From positions 74,259 through 131,252 of the forward strand of contig DIMA01000018.1 of the NCBI GenBank assembly GCA_002425325.1: 56,994 nt of DNA, given 5' to 3'. The DNA comes from Bacillales bacterium UBA5578 (GTDB lineage Bacteria > Bacillota_I > Bacilli_A > RF39 > UBA660). The notes beneath the pieces are model-generated. The model ran no database searches. It saw nothing but the letters and a program-made list of their open reading frames with translations, and was not told the origin of the DNA. The position numbers were made by a program, and so were the translations under genes. Positions 9,548 to 20,538 of the stretch are shown piece after piece; position 1 is the first letter of the stretch; each line of letters starts with the position of its first letter.

Positions 9548-10858
9548 ATGAAAAAACCCGTAGTAGCGCTTTTAGGTAGACCAAATGTTGGAAAAAGTAC
9601 AATTTTTAATAGATTAGTAGGTAGTAAAATATCTATTATAGAAGATACTCCAGGTATTACTAGAGATAGAATTTATGGTTCAGTAGATTATAAGGATTAT
9701 AAATTTCATTTAATTGATACAGGTGGTATAGACTTAGAAGAAGCTAGTTTTAATGATGAAATAAAAGTACAAGCTGAATTAGCAATAGATGAAGCTGATG
9801 TTATAGTATTTGTTGTAGATGGAAAAGAAGGATTAACTAGTAATGACTTTGCTGTTAGAGATATGTTAATGAGATCTAATACAAGAGTTATTGTTGCTAT
9901 AAACAAGTGTGATAGTAAACTAGTAGAAGAAACAGAATATGAATTCTATGAATTAGGTTTTGATAAATATTTAAAAATAAGTGGAGAACACAATATAGGT
10001 ATATCTGAATTATTAGATGAAATAGTTGATGGATTTAGTCCTATTGAAGAAGAGTATGCTGATATAGTTAAATTCTCAATTATTGGAAGACCAAATGTAG
10101 GTAAAAGTAGTTTAGTAAATGCTTTATTAAATGAAGATAGAGTTATTGTTAGTAATATAGCAGGAACAACAAGAGATGCTGTAGATACACCTTTTACATA
10201 TCATGGTAAAGATTATGTAGTTATTGATACAGCAGGTATGCGTAAAAAAGGTAAAGTATATGAAAATGTAGAAAGATATAGTTTACTTAGAAGTATGAAA
10301 GCAATAGATAGATCTGATGTATGTTGTATAGTTATAAATGCTGAAGAAGGAATTATTGAACATGATAAACATATTGCAGGATATGCTATAGATGCAGGAA
10401 AAGCAGTAGTTTTAGTTGTAAATAAATGGGATGTAATTGAAGATAAAGATGCAGCTATGAGAAAATGGAAAAAAGAATTAGAAGTTAATTTTCAATTTAT
10501 GACTTATGCACCAATTGTATTCTTAAGTGCTAAAACAAAGAAAAGAATTCATACCTTAATGCCAGAAGTATTAAGAGCGTATGAAAATAGTAAAAAAGAA
10601 GTTAAGACAAGTTTATTAAATGAAGTAATAACAGATGCATATTCACTTAACTTACCTCCAAGTTATAAAGGTAAGAGATTAAAAATATATTTTTCAACTC
10701 AAGTTAGTACTAATCCTCCTACATTTAATATTCAAGTTAATAGTAAGAGTTTAGTTCATTTCTCATATGAAAGATATTTAGAAAATAAAATTAGAGAATC
10801 ATTTGATTTTACAGGTACTCCAATTATTATTCAATTTAAAAATAAAGGAGAACAATAA
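9548..10858 (+). CDS. der: Ribosome biogenesis GTPase Der (EngA)
   Basis: Two GRPNVGKS P-loops, DTGG/DTAG, NKCD/NKWD, C-terminal KH-like domain. Confidence 0.98.
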   Translation: MKKPVVALLGRPNVGKSTIFNRLVGSKISIIEDTPGITRDRIYGSVDYKDYKFHLIDTGGIDLEEASFNDEIKVQAELAIDEADVIVFVVDGKEGLTSNDFAVRDMLMRSNTRVIVAINKCDSKLVEETEYEFYELGFDKYLKISGEHNIGISELLDEIVDGFSPIEEEYADIVKFSIIGRPNVGKSSLVNALLNEDRVIVSNIAGTTRDAVDTPFTYHGKDYVVIDTAGMRKKGKVYENVERYSLLRSMKAIDRSDVCCIVINAEEGIIEHDKHIAGYAIDAGKAVVLVVNKWDVIEDKDAAMRKWKKELEVNFQFMTYAPIVFLSAKTKKRIHTLMPEVLRAYENSKKEVKTSLLNEVITDAYSLNLPPSYKGKRLKIYFSTQVSTNPPTFNIQVNSKSLVHFSYERYLENKIRESFDFTGTPIIIQFKNKGEQ

Positions 10859-10885
10859 AGAAAGTTTTACTTTCTTTTTTTTTTA

Positions 10886-10913
10886 ACATTTTATAAATAA
10901 TATTCATATTATA
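10886..10913 (+). promoter_or_regulatory. Putative sigK-dependent promoter of spoVIF
   Basis: AC (10886-87), 17 nt, CATATTATA (10905-13); matches the B. subtilis sigK consensus AC-N16/18-CATAnnnTA; no TATAAT element here. Confidence 0.55.
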
Positions 10914-10928
10914 TATTAGGAGGTAATT

Positions 10929-11171
10929 ATGTCATTTAGTGATAATTTTTTCAATAGAGTAGAAAAGAAGACTAAAGTAGATAAAAATATGATTTTAGAA
11001 TTAGCAAAAGAACTACAAGAAAATAACTTAAAAAATGAAAATACATTAAAGAGTGTTATTCATAAATTAAGTGCTGCTACAGGTAAAAAAGTAAGTGAAG
11101 AACAAGAGAAAAAAATAATAAATGCTGTAATTAATGATAAGGTTCCTAAGGATATAAATAATATGTTTTAA
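10929..11171 (+). CDS. spoVIF: Stage VI sporulation protein F family
   Basis: NFFNRVEKKTKVD..LAKELQENNLKNENTLKSVIHKLS..GKKVSEEQEKKIINAV resembles Bacillus SpoVIF/YjcC along its length; RBS aggagg. Confidence 0.85.
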   Translation: MSFSDNFFNRVEKKTKVDKNMILELAKELQENNLKNENTLKSVIHKLSAATGKKVSEEQEKKIINAVINDKVPKDINNMF

Positions 11172-11246
11172 ACACCTTTGGTGTTTTTTTATTTGATATA
11201 ATAGTTCAAATAATGTATAATTGTTTTAATTGGTAGGAGGTACAAA

Positions 11247-12878
11247 ATGATAGTATTAAAAGATATATATTGGGAAAGAGTTAATCTTCATTTAGTATTT
11301 GATACTAGTTTAGAAGGTTTAAATATAATTTTAGCAAACAATACAAATAAGATGTTAAAATTAAAATCAGATACAAATGAAATAGTAATAAATGTAACTA
11401 ATACACCAGAAGGTGAAATGTTTGATAGTGGTAAATGGAATTTAATTATTAGTGATACAATGGACTTTAATAATCATAAAGAGTTTATTAAATATGATAA
11501 TAAAAGATTAGAAACTAATAAATATGAGACATTCTTTAAAATAGATGAAGAATTATTAAGTAAGTTAGATGAAAAATCTAAAATATTTAATTATAGAGGA
11601 AGAAAATGCGCTTATATAGTAGATTTTTATTTAGATCCAAATTTACAATTCTATGTATGTTCTAATTTTATGATTGAAAATAGATCATGGAAGAAATTTT
11701 TAACATATAATGAAAGTGAAACATTAGTAAAAAAATTAATAACATTTGCTAGAAAAAGATATTTAAATTTTATAAAAGCATATTATTGGCTTTGTAGAAT
11801 GTTTAAATTTAATAAAAAGAAAAGAGTATTATTCTTAACAGAAAATAGTAATGAATTAATAGGTAATTTAAAAGCATTATATGACTATTTAGATACAGAT
11901 AAAGTTAAGTGTACTAAAAAAGTATGTGCTTATGATATATATGATAAAAAGAATTTAAATATATTAAGAAGATGTAAAATATTCTTAAAAGAAATATTTT
12001 TATTAGCGCAAAGTGATGTTGTTTTTGTAGATAACTATACTCCAAAATTAACACATTTAGAATTATCTAAAAAATGTAAGTTAGTACAATTATGGCATGC
12101 TGGAATTGGATTTAAATCAGTTGGATATGCTAGATTTGGAATTGATGGTTCACCACATCCAGCTAGATCTTGTCATAGAACTTATACTGATGCAGTCGTA
12201 GATCAAGAATCACTAGTAGAAGTATACAAAGAAGTATATGGTAATAAAGAATCTAATTTTAAATCTTTTGGTATTCCAAGATTAGATGGATATTTAGATA
12301 GAGAAACTATCGAAAATAAAGTAAAAGAAATGGAAAAAATTAATCCATTATTTACAAGTAAAAAAGTTATACTATTCTCACCAACATATAGAGGTAATGG
12401 AAGTAGTGATGCTTACTATGATTATTCTTTAATTGATTTAGAAAGAATATATAAATACTGTAAAGAAAATAATTTTATATTTGTAGTAAAAATGCATCCA
12501 TTTATTAAAGAACAAATTAATATACCAGAAGAATATAAAGATTTAATTTTAGAATATTCTAGTTTAGATATTAATGATTTAATATATGTTAGTGATATTA
12601 TGATTACTGATTATTCATCATGTGCATATGAATTTTCATTATTTAACAGATTATTAATTTTCTATAGATTTGATAAGAGTTTATATGAATATTTAAGACC
12701 AATGCATACAGTAAAATGTTTTACTAAAAATCAAGCAGAAGTTAAAAAATTTGATGAATTAATGCAAGTTTTAGAAGATAATAAAGATATAGATATTAAT
12801 GAAAGATATAGTAATTTAAGAAAACTATCTAATTCAAATAGTTGTGAAAAGATCATTAATGAATATATAGTAAAATAA
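11247..12878 (+). CDS. CDP-polyol phosphate polymerase (TagF superfamily), TarL/TarK-like teichoic acid ribitol-phosphate polymerase
   Basis: DIYWERVNL N-terminus as in staphylococcal TarK/L; QLWHAGIGFKSVG, GIPRLD, VILFSPTYRG, VKMHPF, ITDYSS. Confidence 0.85.
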   Translation: MIVLKDIYWERVNLHLVFDTSLEGLNIILANNTNKMLKLKSDTNEIVINVTNTPEGEMFDSGKWNLIISDTMDFNNHKEFIKYDNKRLETNKYETFFKIDEELLSKLDEKSKIFNYRGRKCAYIVDFYLDPNLQFYVCSNFMIENRSWKKFLTYNESETLVKKLITFARKRYLNFIKAYYWLCRMFKFNKKKRVLFLTENSNELIGNLKALYDYLDTDKVKCTKKVCAYDIYDKKNLNILRRCKIFLKEIFLLAQSDVVFVDNYTPKLTHLELSKKCKLVQLWHAGIGFKSVGYARFGIDGSPHPARSCHRTYTDAVVDQESLVEVYKEVYGNKESNFKSFGIPRLDGYLDRETIENKVKEMEKINPLFTSKKVILFSPTYRGNGSSDAYYDYSLIDLERIYKYCKENNFIFVVKMHPFIKEQINIPEEYKDLILEYSSLDINDLIYVSDIMITDYSSCAYEFSLFNRLLIFYRFDKSLYEYLRPMHTVKCFTKNQAEVKKFDELMQVLEDNKDIDINERYSNLRKLSNSNSCEKIINEYIVK

Positions 12879-12968
12879 AATACTGAAATAATTCAGTATT
12901 TTTTTTATTATTATTGAATTCACTTTTTAATTATGATACACTGACTATAGTTAGGGTGGGTAAAGGTT

Positions 12969-14102
12969 ATGAATAAAGAGAGAAATTCAAGTTTTGAACT
13001 GCTAAGAATAATTAGTATGTTAGCAATTATATTTTTACATGTTATAGTTCATGGACAAGTAAATTTACATACTAGTGGAGTTACATTAAATATAATTAAT
13101 TATTTATTAATATTTGCGTATACATTAGTTAATACTTTTGTTTTAATTACAGGCTATTTTCAATGTGAAAAGACTATTAAATTAAAGAATATATTTAAGT
13201 TGAATAATGCGATGTGGTTTTACAGTGCTGTAATATGTACAGTTATGTTTATATTTGATTTAAGTGTAAACCCTATATCAAAACTTAATTTAGTTCAATC
13301 ATATTTACCAATTCAATTTGGTGGATATTGGTTTACTAAGATGTATTTAGTTTTGTATATATTATCACCATTTTTAAATTGTGCATTAAATAATTCATCA
13401 CAAAAGAAACATTTTTCTTATATAGTAATAGGTATAATTTTATTTTCAATATTACCTATGTGTACAAATAATTTATTTTATGATAATGGTACAGGCTTTA
13501 CATTAGAAAATTTTATTTTACTATATATAATTGGTGCTTATTTTAAAAAGTACCCAATTAATAAATCTAGATTATTAGGTGTATATAGTAAATCTAAAAT
13601 TAATGCAATATTATTGTTTACAACTATATTCTTATTAACATTTAATTTCCTATTATATAAATTAGGCGTATCATTACCAACAGGTAGAGGTGCTTTAGGA
13701 TTTATGCATAATGTATTTAGTAAATTCTTTACAGCATATTGCAATCCATTTATTATAATAGGAAGTACATGTATATTCTTAATATTTAGCCAAATTAATA
13801 TTAAGTCTAAATTTATTAATAAGTTGGGTGGACTTATGTTTGGTGTATATTTAATACATGAGTTTACTTATATGAATGATGTATTATATTCTTGGTTTGG
13901 ATTTGCTAATATAAAAGGAATTGGTTATATTGCGGAAACAAATTTATTAGTTTTTGTAAGAATTATAATAGTTACGTTAATAATATTTATAGGATGTACA
14001 TTAATTGAATTTATTAGACAATTAGTTTTTAAATTTATATATAATAGAAAAATATCAGAAAAATGTAGAAATAAATTTTATGATTATATAAAAAATTTTT
14101 AA
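12969..14102 (+). CDS. Acyltransferase family 3 (OafA-like) membrane O-acyltransferase
   Basis: ERNSSFELLRIISMLAIIFLH, FVLITGYF, YWFTKMY, FGVYLIH; about 10 TM segments. Confidence 0.9.
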   Translation: MNKERNSSFELLRIISMLAIIFLHVIVHGQVNLHTSGVTLNIINYLLIFAYTLVNTFVLITGYFQCEKTIKLKNIFKLNNAMWFYSAVICTVMFIFDLSVNPISKLNLVQSYLPIQFGGYWFTKMYLVLYILSPFLNCALNNSSQKKHFSYIVIGIILFSILPMCTNNLFYDNGTGFTLENFILLYIIGAYFKKYPINKSRLLGVYSKSKINAILLFTTIFLLTFNFLLYKLGVSLPTGRGALGFMHNVFSKFFTAYCNPFIIIGSTCIFLIFSQINIKSKFINKLGGLMFGVYLIHEFTYMNDVLYSWFGFANIKGIGYIAETNLLVFVRIIIVTLIIFIGCTLIEFIRQLVFKFIYNRKISEKCRNKFYDYIKNF

Positions 14103-14114
14103 TAGGAGAATAAT

Positions 14115-15521
14115 ATGAAAGAAAGATTTTTTGTAGAGAATAAAAATAAATTTGTAGAAAAAAATCAAAAACATAAATATTTACTTGAAGGTGAAGTTAC
14201 CTATAAGGAAATAGAAAAAGGTATAATTTTACCTGCTAAAAAGAAAGAAAGTAATGCTTATCAAGGTACTTTTAAAGGTGGAGTAGTAGATAAAAAATTT
14301 AAATTCATATCTGGACATAAAAGAAGTGTTGAAGAAATGAATATGAGTATTGAAGAAGGATATAAAGTTAGAAAAAAAGAAATAAAATATTGCGATGAAA
14401 CAGTTGTTTATGGTGGTATTTTATTAATGTCTAGTTTTGGTCACCTAGTATTAGAATCTTTATCAAGACTTTGGTATTATGTAGATAATCCTAATTGTAA
14501 TTATAAAGTAGCATTCTTAAAAATAAGAAATTTACCAGATTATAGTTATGGATTTTTAGAAATACTAGGTATACCAAAAGAAAGGGTAATTATTATAGAA
14601 GAACCTACACAATTTAAAAATGTAATTGTACCAGATGAAACAATTCATGCATGGTTAGGTTATAAAAATAGATATATTGATATATATGACGCTATTAGAA
14701 AAAATGTTAAACCAGCTCCATATAAAAAAGTATATTTAACTAGAACTAAATTAAAAGATATTTTCGATGTTAATGAAAAATTCTTTGAAGATTTCTATAG
14801 AAGAAGAGGATTTGAAATTGTTTCTACTGAAACACTATCTATAAGAGATTAAGTTAGTATTATGGCTGGGGCAGAAGAAGTAGTTACTACATGTGGAACT
14901 TTATCTCATATGGTACTTTTTTCTAAAAAGAATGTTAAGTTAACTATTTTAAATAGAAATAAAAATGATATATCTGTACCACAAGCAATAGTAAATGAAG
15001 CAAGAAAAGTAGATTATTATTTTGTAGATGCATTATTAGATGTATTACCATCTAGACATATTAATGGATGTGTATGTTTATATCCAACTAAATACTTTGA
15101 AGAATATTTAAAAAGTACTAAAGTAGATTATAATAAATCTGAGTTAGAATGTAATAAAGAAAAAGTGGTATATGAATACTTAGAAGCATGGACTAATAAT
15201 TATTCTATGCCTAATAGATATCAAACTATTCAAGAAATGGATATATATTGTGTGTTAGAAGGTTTAAATAAATTTTTATTTAATAATGATATAAATAGAA
15301 AAGATTATGATAAAAAAGCAATTGGAAGTATATCAAAATCCGAATATATTAAATTTAAAGAAAATTTAATTGAAAATCCTAAAAATATTAAAAAGTTATA
15401 TAAAGAAACAAAAAGAAAAGTAAGAAGAAAAAAGATTAAAAATACGTTAAAATCTATTATTACTTATTTAGGGTTAAAACCTTATGCTAAAAAAGTTTAT
15501 AATAAATTAAGAGGAAGATAA
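14115..15521 (+). pseudogene. Glycosyltransferase family 61 (DUF563) gene interrupted by one in-frame TAA at 14850-14852
   Basis: ORFs 14115..14852 and 14862..15521 are in the same frame: ...LSIRD*VSIMAGAEEVV...; GT61-like motifs FGHLVLESLSRLW and KKVYLTR lie before the stop, GTLSH after it. Confidence 0.75.
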
Positions 15522-15536
15522 TACTTCCTCTTTTAT
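15511..15536 (+). terminator. Intrinsic terminator with stop codon in the loop
   Basis: gaggaag-ataata-cttcctc-ttttattt. Confidence 0.8.
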
Positions 15537-15586
15537 TTGTAAAAACAAATGATATAATGTATAATTTTATTTACGAGGTGTTGAAT

Positions 15587-16576
15587 ATGTGGAAAATTGG
15601 AAATGTAGAAATACAAAATAAAGTTGTTTTAGCACCTATGGCAGGTATATGTAATAATGCCTATAGAAAAATAATTAAAGAAATGGGTTGCGGTTTAATT
15701 GTAGCAGAAATGGTTAGTGATAAAGCATTGATGTATGATAGTAAAAAAACAAAAGATATGCTTTATATGACAGAAGAAGAAAGACCATTATCACAACAAA
15801 TATTTGGAAGTGATGTAGAGAGTTTTGTATATTCTGCAAAATATATAGAAGAAAATATGCGCCCTGATATTATAGATATAAATATGGGATGTCCTGTTCC
15901 TAAAGTAGCTTTAAGAGCACAAGCAGGAAGTGCCTTATTAAAAAATCCAGATAAAGTATATGAAATTGTTAGTGCAGTTGTAAAAAGTGTTAATACTCCT
16001 GTTACTGTAAAAATAAGAAGTGGTTGGGATGAAAATAGTATTAATGCAGTTGAGATAGCTAAAATAATTGAAAAAGCAGGTGCATCTGCTATTGCAGTTC
16101 ATCCTAGAACTAGAAGTCAAGGATATAGTGGTAAAGCTAATTGGGATATAATTAAACAAGTTAAAGAAAGTGTTAATATTCCTGTAATAGGGAATGGTGA
16201 TATATTATCTTGTTATGATGCAAAGAAAATGATGGATGAAACTGGTTGTGACGCAGTTATGATTGGTAGAGGAGTTCTAGGTAATCCTTGGTTAATAAAA
16301 GAATGTATTGATTACTTAGAAGATGGTAAAGAACCAGATTTTATTTCACCAAAAGAAAAAATAGATATGATTAAATATCATTTAAGTAATCTTTTAGATA
16401 CTAAACCTTATAAAGTAGCAATCTTAGAAATTAGAACACATGCAGCATATTATTTAAAAGGTTTACCACAATCTAAAGAATTAAAAACAGAAATATTCAA
16501 ATGTACAACAAAAGAAGAACTATTTAAATTGTTAGATGATTATATGGAGGATTTAAATGAGATGGAAAAGAACTAA
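15587..16576 (+). CDS. dusB: tRNA dihydrouridine synthase DusB (start moved to 15587)
   Basis: LAPMAG, IDINMGCPVPKV, VTVKIRSGW, VHPRTRSQGY, IGNGDI, VMIGRG. Confidence 0.93.
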   Translation: MWKIGNVEIQNKVVLAPMAGICNNAYRKIIKEMGCGLIVAEMVSDKALMYDSKKTKDMLYMTEEERPLSQQIFGSDVESFVYSAKYIEENMRPDIIDINMGCPVPKVALRAQAGSALLKNPDKVYEIVSAVVKSVNTPVTVKIRSGWDENSINAVEIAKIIEKAGASAIAVHPRTRSQGYSGKANWDIIKQVKESVNIPVIGNGDILSCYDAKKMMDETGCDAVMIGRGVLGNPWLIKECIDYLEDGKEPDFISPKEKIDMIKYHLSNLLDTKPYKVAILEIRTHAAYYLKGLPQSKELKTEIFKCTTKEELFKLLDDYMEDLNEMEKN

Positions 16577-17138
16577 AGCTTTTATTATAGACTTTATAAT
16601 TTTATTTATTGTATTTAATATTTTAAACTTAGTTATACCAAAAGATTATAATGTAAAAGATTTAGAAGCAAGACAAAATGAATTAATAGAAAAATATACA
16701 AATCATGAAATTCTCTTCAAAGAATATTATAAAGAATATAGTATTACTTATTATGAATTAATGGATAAGCAAAAAATATTAAATATTAGTTATTTATTAT
16801 TCATACTTATTTATTTTATATTACTACCTTTTTTATGGAAAGGAAGAACATTTGGTTGCTTCTTAAATAATATTCAAGTTGAAAGATTTGATAAAGGTAA
16901 ATTAATGATACATCAATTATTAATTAGAAATATATTTGTTATTGGTTTATTATATTTAATAGTATTAAATATAGGAATATTTTGTATACCAAGTACTCAT
17001 TATTTCTTAATTGTTTCTATAGTAGGAATACTACAAATGGTATTAGCAATTTTTTGTTTTAATATGGTATTCTTTACTAAAGCGAAAAGAGGACTTCAAG
17101 ATATATTAAGTAATACAGAAATGGTTAAAATTATTTAG
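16557..17138 (+). CDS. RDD family membrane protein
   Basis: WKRTKAFIIDF, GRTFG, LLIRN, KRGLQDILSNT. Confidence 0.8.
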   Translation: MRWKRTKAFIIDFIILFIVFNILNLVIPKDYNVKDLEARQNELIEKYTNHEILFKEYYKEYSITYYELMDKQKILNISYLLFILIYFILLPFLWKGRTFGCFLNNIQVERFDKGKLMIHQLLIRNIFVIGLLYLIVLNIGIFCIPSTHYFLIVSIVGILQMVLAIFCFNMVFFTKAKRGLQDILSNTEMVKII

Positions 17139-17227
17139 AGTATAATTCAATAAAATGCTAGTATTTGTAGCATTTTTTTGATATTATAGAAGAGTAAAAC
17201 GCATTTATAAAAAAAGGAAGTGATATC

Positions 17228-18712
17228 ATGCGTGAATTTACAGATCAAGAAATCGTTAGAAGAGAAAAAGCTGCTAAGATAAAAGAATTAGGTCTTGATC
17301 CATATGGACAAAGATTTGATAGAACAGATTTTGCTAGTGATATTAAAGAAAAATTTCAAGATATTCCACATGATGATTTTGAAAATAGAAATGATATAGT
17401 TACTATTGCTGGTAGAATTATGTTTATTAGAAAGATGGGAAAAGCATCATTCTTCTCAATTCAAGATAAAACAGGTAAGATGCAAGTATATATATCAATT
17501 AATGATGTTGGTGAAGATGTTTATACATTATTTAAATCAGCGGATATTGGTGATATAGTTGGTGTAACTGGAAAAATTATGAAAACACAAACAGGTGAAA
17601 TTACAGTTAAATGCCAAGAATATACACATTTAGTTAAAGCATTAAGACCACTTCCAGAAAAATTTCATGGATTAACAGATATTGAAGAAAGATATAGAAG
17701 AAGATATGTTGACTTAATCATGAATGAAGAATCAAAACGTGTAGCATTCATGAGACCTAAAATTATTAGATGTATCCAAAATTATTTAGATGGTTTAGGA
17801 TTTACTGAAGTAGAAACACCTATATTAACAACATTACTTACAGGTGCTAGTGCTAGACCATTTATTACACATCACAATACACAAGATATAGATATGTATT
17901 TACGTATTGCTTTAGAGTTAAATTTAAAGAGATTATTAGTTGGTGGTATGGAAGCCGTTTATGAAATCGGTAGAACTTTTAGAAATGAAGGTATGGATCC
18001 ACAACATAATCCAGAATTCACTTTAATGGAAGCTTATTTAGCTTATTCTGATTTAGAAGGAATGATGGATTTAACAGAAAATATGTATCAAAAAATTGCT
18101 AATGATGTATGTGGTAAAACTACATTTAAATATTTAGGATATGATATTGATTTAAGTGGAAAATGGAAAAGAATTTCTATGGTAGATGCTATTAAAGAGG
18201 TAACAGGAATTGATTTTAAACAAGAAATGAGTGTTGAAGATGCTATAGCTTTAGCAAATGAACATCACATTGAAGTTCAAGATCATGAACATACTGTTGG
18301 ACATATTATTAATTTATTCTTTGAAAAATATGTAGAAGAAACATTAATTCAACCAACATTCTTATATGGTCACCCTGTTGAAATTTCTCCATTAACTAAG
18401 AAAAATCCAGAAGATCCAAGATTTGTTGATAGATTTGAATTATTTATTGCAGGTAAAGAATGTGCTAACGCATATACAGAACTAAATGATCCAATTGATC
18501 AATTAGAAAGATTTGAAGCTCAATTAAAAGAAAAAGATTTAGGAAATGAAGAAGCTAATGATATAGATTACGACTTCGTAGAAGCTTTAGAATATGGTAT
18601 GCCTCCAGCTGGTGGTATAGGTTATGGTATTGATAGATTAGTAATGTTATTTACTGAAAGTGAATCAATACGTGACGTATTATTATTCCCAACTATGAAG
18701 GAAAAAAATTAA
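17228..18712 (+). CDS. lysS: Lysine--tRNA ligase (class II)
   Basis: OB-fold [43 protein letters not shown]. Confidence 0.98.
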   Translation: MREFTDQEIVRREKAAKIKELGLDPYGQRFDRTDFASDIKEKFQDIPHDDFENRNDIVTIAGRIMFIRKMGKASFFSIQDKTGKMQVYISINDVGEDVYTLFKSADIGDIVGVTGKIMKTQTGEITVKCQEYTHLVKALRPLPEKFHGLTDIEERYRRRYVDLIMNEESKRVAFMRPKIIRCIQNYLDGLGFTEVETPILTTLLTGASARPFITHHNTQDIDMYLRIALELNLKRLLVGGMEAVYEIGRTFRNEGMDPQHNPEFTLMEAYLAYSDLEGMMDLTENMYQKIANDVCGKTTFKYLGYDIDLSGKWKRISMVDAIKEVTGIDFKQEMSVEDAIALANEHHIEVQDHEHTVGHIINLFFEKYVEETLIQPTFLYGHPVEISPLTKKNPEDPRFVDRFELFIAGKECANAYTELNDPIDQLERFEAQLKEKDLGNEEANDIDYDFVEALEYGMPPAGGIGYGIDRLVMLFTESESIRDVLLFPTMKEKN

Positions 18713-18713
18713 A

Positions 18714-19247
18714 ATGATTTTATATGTTGTAAGACATGGTAAAACAGCATGGAATTTAGAACATAGATGTCAAGGTATATCTGATATACCATTAATTGAA
18801 GAAGGTAGAGAAAAAGCAAAAGAACTATCTTCTTTGGTTAAAACATTAGATATTGATGTAGTTATATCATCTCCTCTAAAAAGAGCTTTAGAGACTGCTA
18901 AAATATTAACTAATAATGAAATGCCTATAAATATTGATGATCGTCTTATAGAAAGAGATTGGGGTATGAATGAAGGTATGGTTGTTGATAGTTTAGATCA
19001 AATAGATTGTTGGGATGTTATATTAAATACTAATGTTCAAAATATTGAAAGAGTACAAGATTTTATGAAAAGAGTTTCAGAATTTTTAGAAGATACTAAA
19101 AATAAGTATCCAGATAAAAATGTTCTTGTAGTTTCTCATAGTGCTGTTTTAAGAGTAATACATTATCTTTTAGGTGATATACCTGAAGATGGTGATTTAA
19201 CTAAGATTAATATTCCTAATTTAAGGATTATTGAATATGAAATATAG
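18714..19247 (+). CDS. Histidine phosphatase (phosphoglycerate mutase) family
   Basis: VRHGKT, SSPLKRALETA, LVVSHSAV. Confidence 0.9.
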   Translation: MILYVVRHGKTAWNLEHRCQGISDIPLIEEGREKAKELSSLVKTLDIDVVISSPLKRALETAKILTNNEMPINIDDRLIERDWGMNEGMVVDSLDQIDCWDVILNTNVQNIERVQDFMKRVSEFLEDTKNKYPDKNVLVVSHSAVLRVIHYLLGDIPEDGDLTKINIPNLRIIEYEI

Positions 19248-19281
19248 TATAATATAATTATTATTTAGAAAGAAGGATTTT

Positions 19282-20475
19282 ATGAAAATATTATGTGTAA
19301 ATGCTGGAAGTTCATCACTAAAATTCCAATTAGTAGAAATGCCAGAAGAAAAAACAATTATTAGTGGTTATATTGAAAAGATTGGTGCAGAAGATAGTTT
19401 TTGGAATACAAAAGTAGATGGAAAAAAGATAAAAGGTGAGAAATATCTTAAAAATCATACTGAAGCAGTAGAAGTATTAATAGATGAATTAATTAAATAT
19501 AATGCTGTTGAAAGTATGGATGAAATTGCTGCTGTTGGACATAGAGTTGTTCATGGTGGAGAAAAATATGCTGATTCAGTTATTATTACTGAAGAAGTAA
19601 TTAAAGATATTGAGAGTAATACAAAATTTGCTAAATTACATCATCCTGGAAATTTAGCAGGTATTAGAGCAATGCAAGAGGTATTACCTAGTGTTCCTAT
19701 GGTTGCTGTATTTGATACTGCATTCCACCAAACAATGCCAAAACAAAATTATTTATTCCCAGTTCCAATGGAATGGTATACTAAATATGGTGTAAGAAAA
19801 TATGGATTCCATGGTACTAGTCATAAATATATTACTTGTACAATGCAAGAAAGATTAGGTAAAGAAGACGTTAATTTAATTATTTGTCACGTAGGTAGTG
19901 GTGCAAGTATAAGTTGTATAAAAGCAGGAAAATGTTATGATACAACTATGGGTTTAACTCCTGTAGATGGATTAATGATGGGTACTCGTTGTGGTGCTAT
20001 AGATCCTTCAATCATTGAATATATGAATGAAGAAGGCGGATTATCAATTGCAGAAATATCTAATGCTTTAAATAAAAAGAGTGGTTTATTAGGTGTTTGT
20101 GGATTTAACGATAATAGAGATGTTGAAAAAGCAATAGCTGAAGGTAATGAAGATGCTATGTTAGCTTTAGAAATGTATAATGATAGAATAGCTGAATATA
20201 TTGCTGATTATTTCTTAGAATTAGAAGGAAAAGTAGATGCTATAGTATTTACAGCAGGTGTTTTAGAAAATGGTTCTGAAACAAGAGCTTCTATTATGAG
20301 ACGTTTAGCTCCATTAGGTGTTAAAGTAAACGATGAAGTAAATGATAAAATTGCTGGATGGAAAGATATCAGTGAAGGTATTATATCTGCAGATGATTCA
20401 AGTATAAGAGTAGAAGTAATACCAACAAATGAAGAAATAATGATTATAAGAGATACTTATGAATTAACAAAATAA
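19282..20475 (+). CDS. ackA: Acetate kinase
   Basis: VNAGSSSLKF, GHRVVHGG, AVFDTAFH, RKYGFHGTSH, PTNEEIMI. Confidence 0.97.
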   Translation: MKILCVNAGSSSLKFQLVEMPEEKTIISGYIEKIGAEDSFWNTKVDGKKIKGEKYLKNHTEAVEVLIDELIKYNAVESMDEIAAVGHRVVHGGEKYADSVIITEEVIKDIESNTKFAKLHHPGNLAGIRAMQEVLPSVPMVAVFDTAFHQTMPKQNYLFPVPMEWYTKYGVRKYGFHGTSHKYITCTMQERLGKEDVNLIICHVGSGASISCIKAGKCYDTTMGLTPVDGLMMGTRCGAIDPSIIEYMNEEGGLSIAEISNALNKKSGLLGVCGFNDNRDVEKAIAEGNEDAMLALEMYNDRIAEYIADYFLELEGKVDAIVFTAGVLENGSETRASIMRRLAPLGVKVNDEVNDKIAGWKDISEGIISADDSSIRVEVIPTNEEIMIIRDTYELTK

Positions 20476-20538
20476 AAATACGATTATTCGTATTTTTTAT
20501 TTTATATTTATAGTATAATTATAGTAGGTGATTTAATC

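Noticed and set aside
10871-10884. Poly-T/poly-A tracts (also about 30707-30716 and 33994-34002) as phase-variation switches
   Set aside because: They are intergenic terminator tails, not in coding frames or clear promoter spacers.
14850-14852. Programmed read-through or selenocysteine/pyrrolysine at the GT61 stop
   Set aside because: The codon is TAA, the main stop here, with no obvious stimulatory structure; a C-to-T change is simpler.
17139-17227. T-box or riboswitch before lysS
   Set aside because: Too short, no T-box motif; contains only a terminator, a promoter-like element and an RBS.
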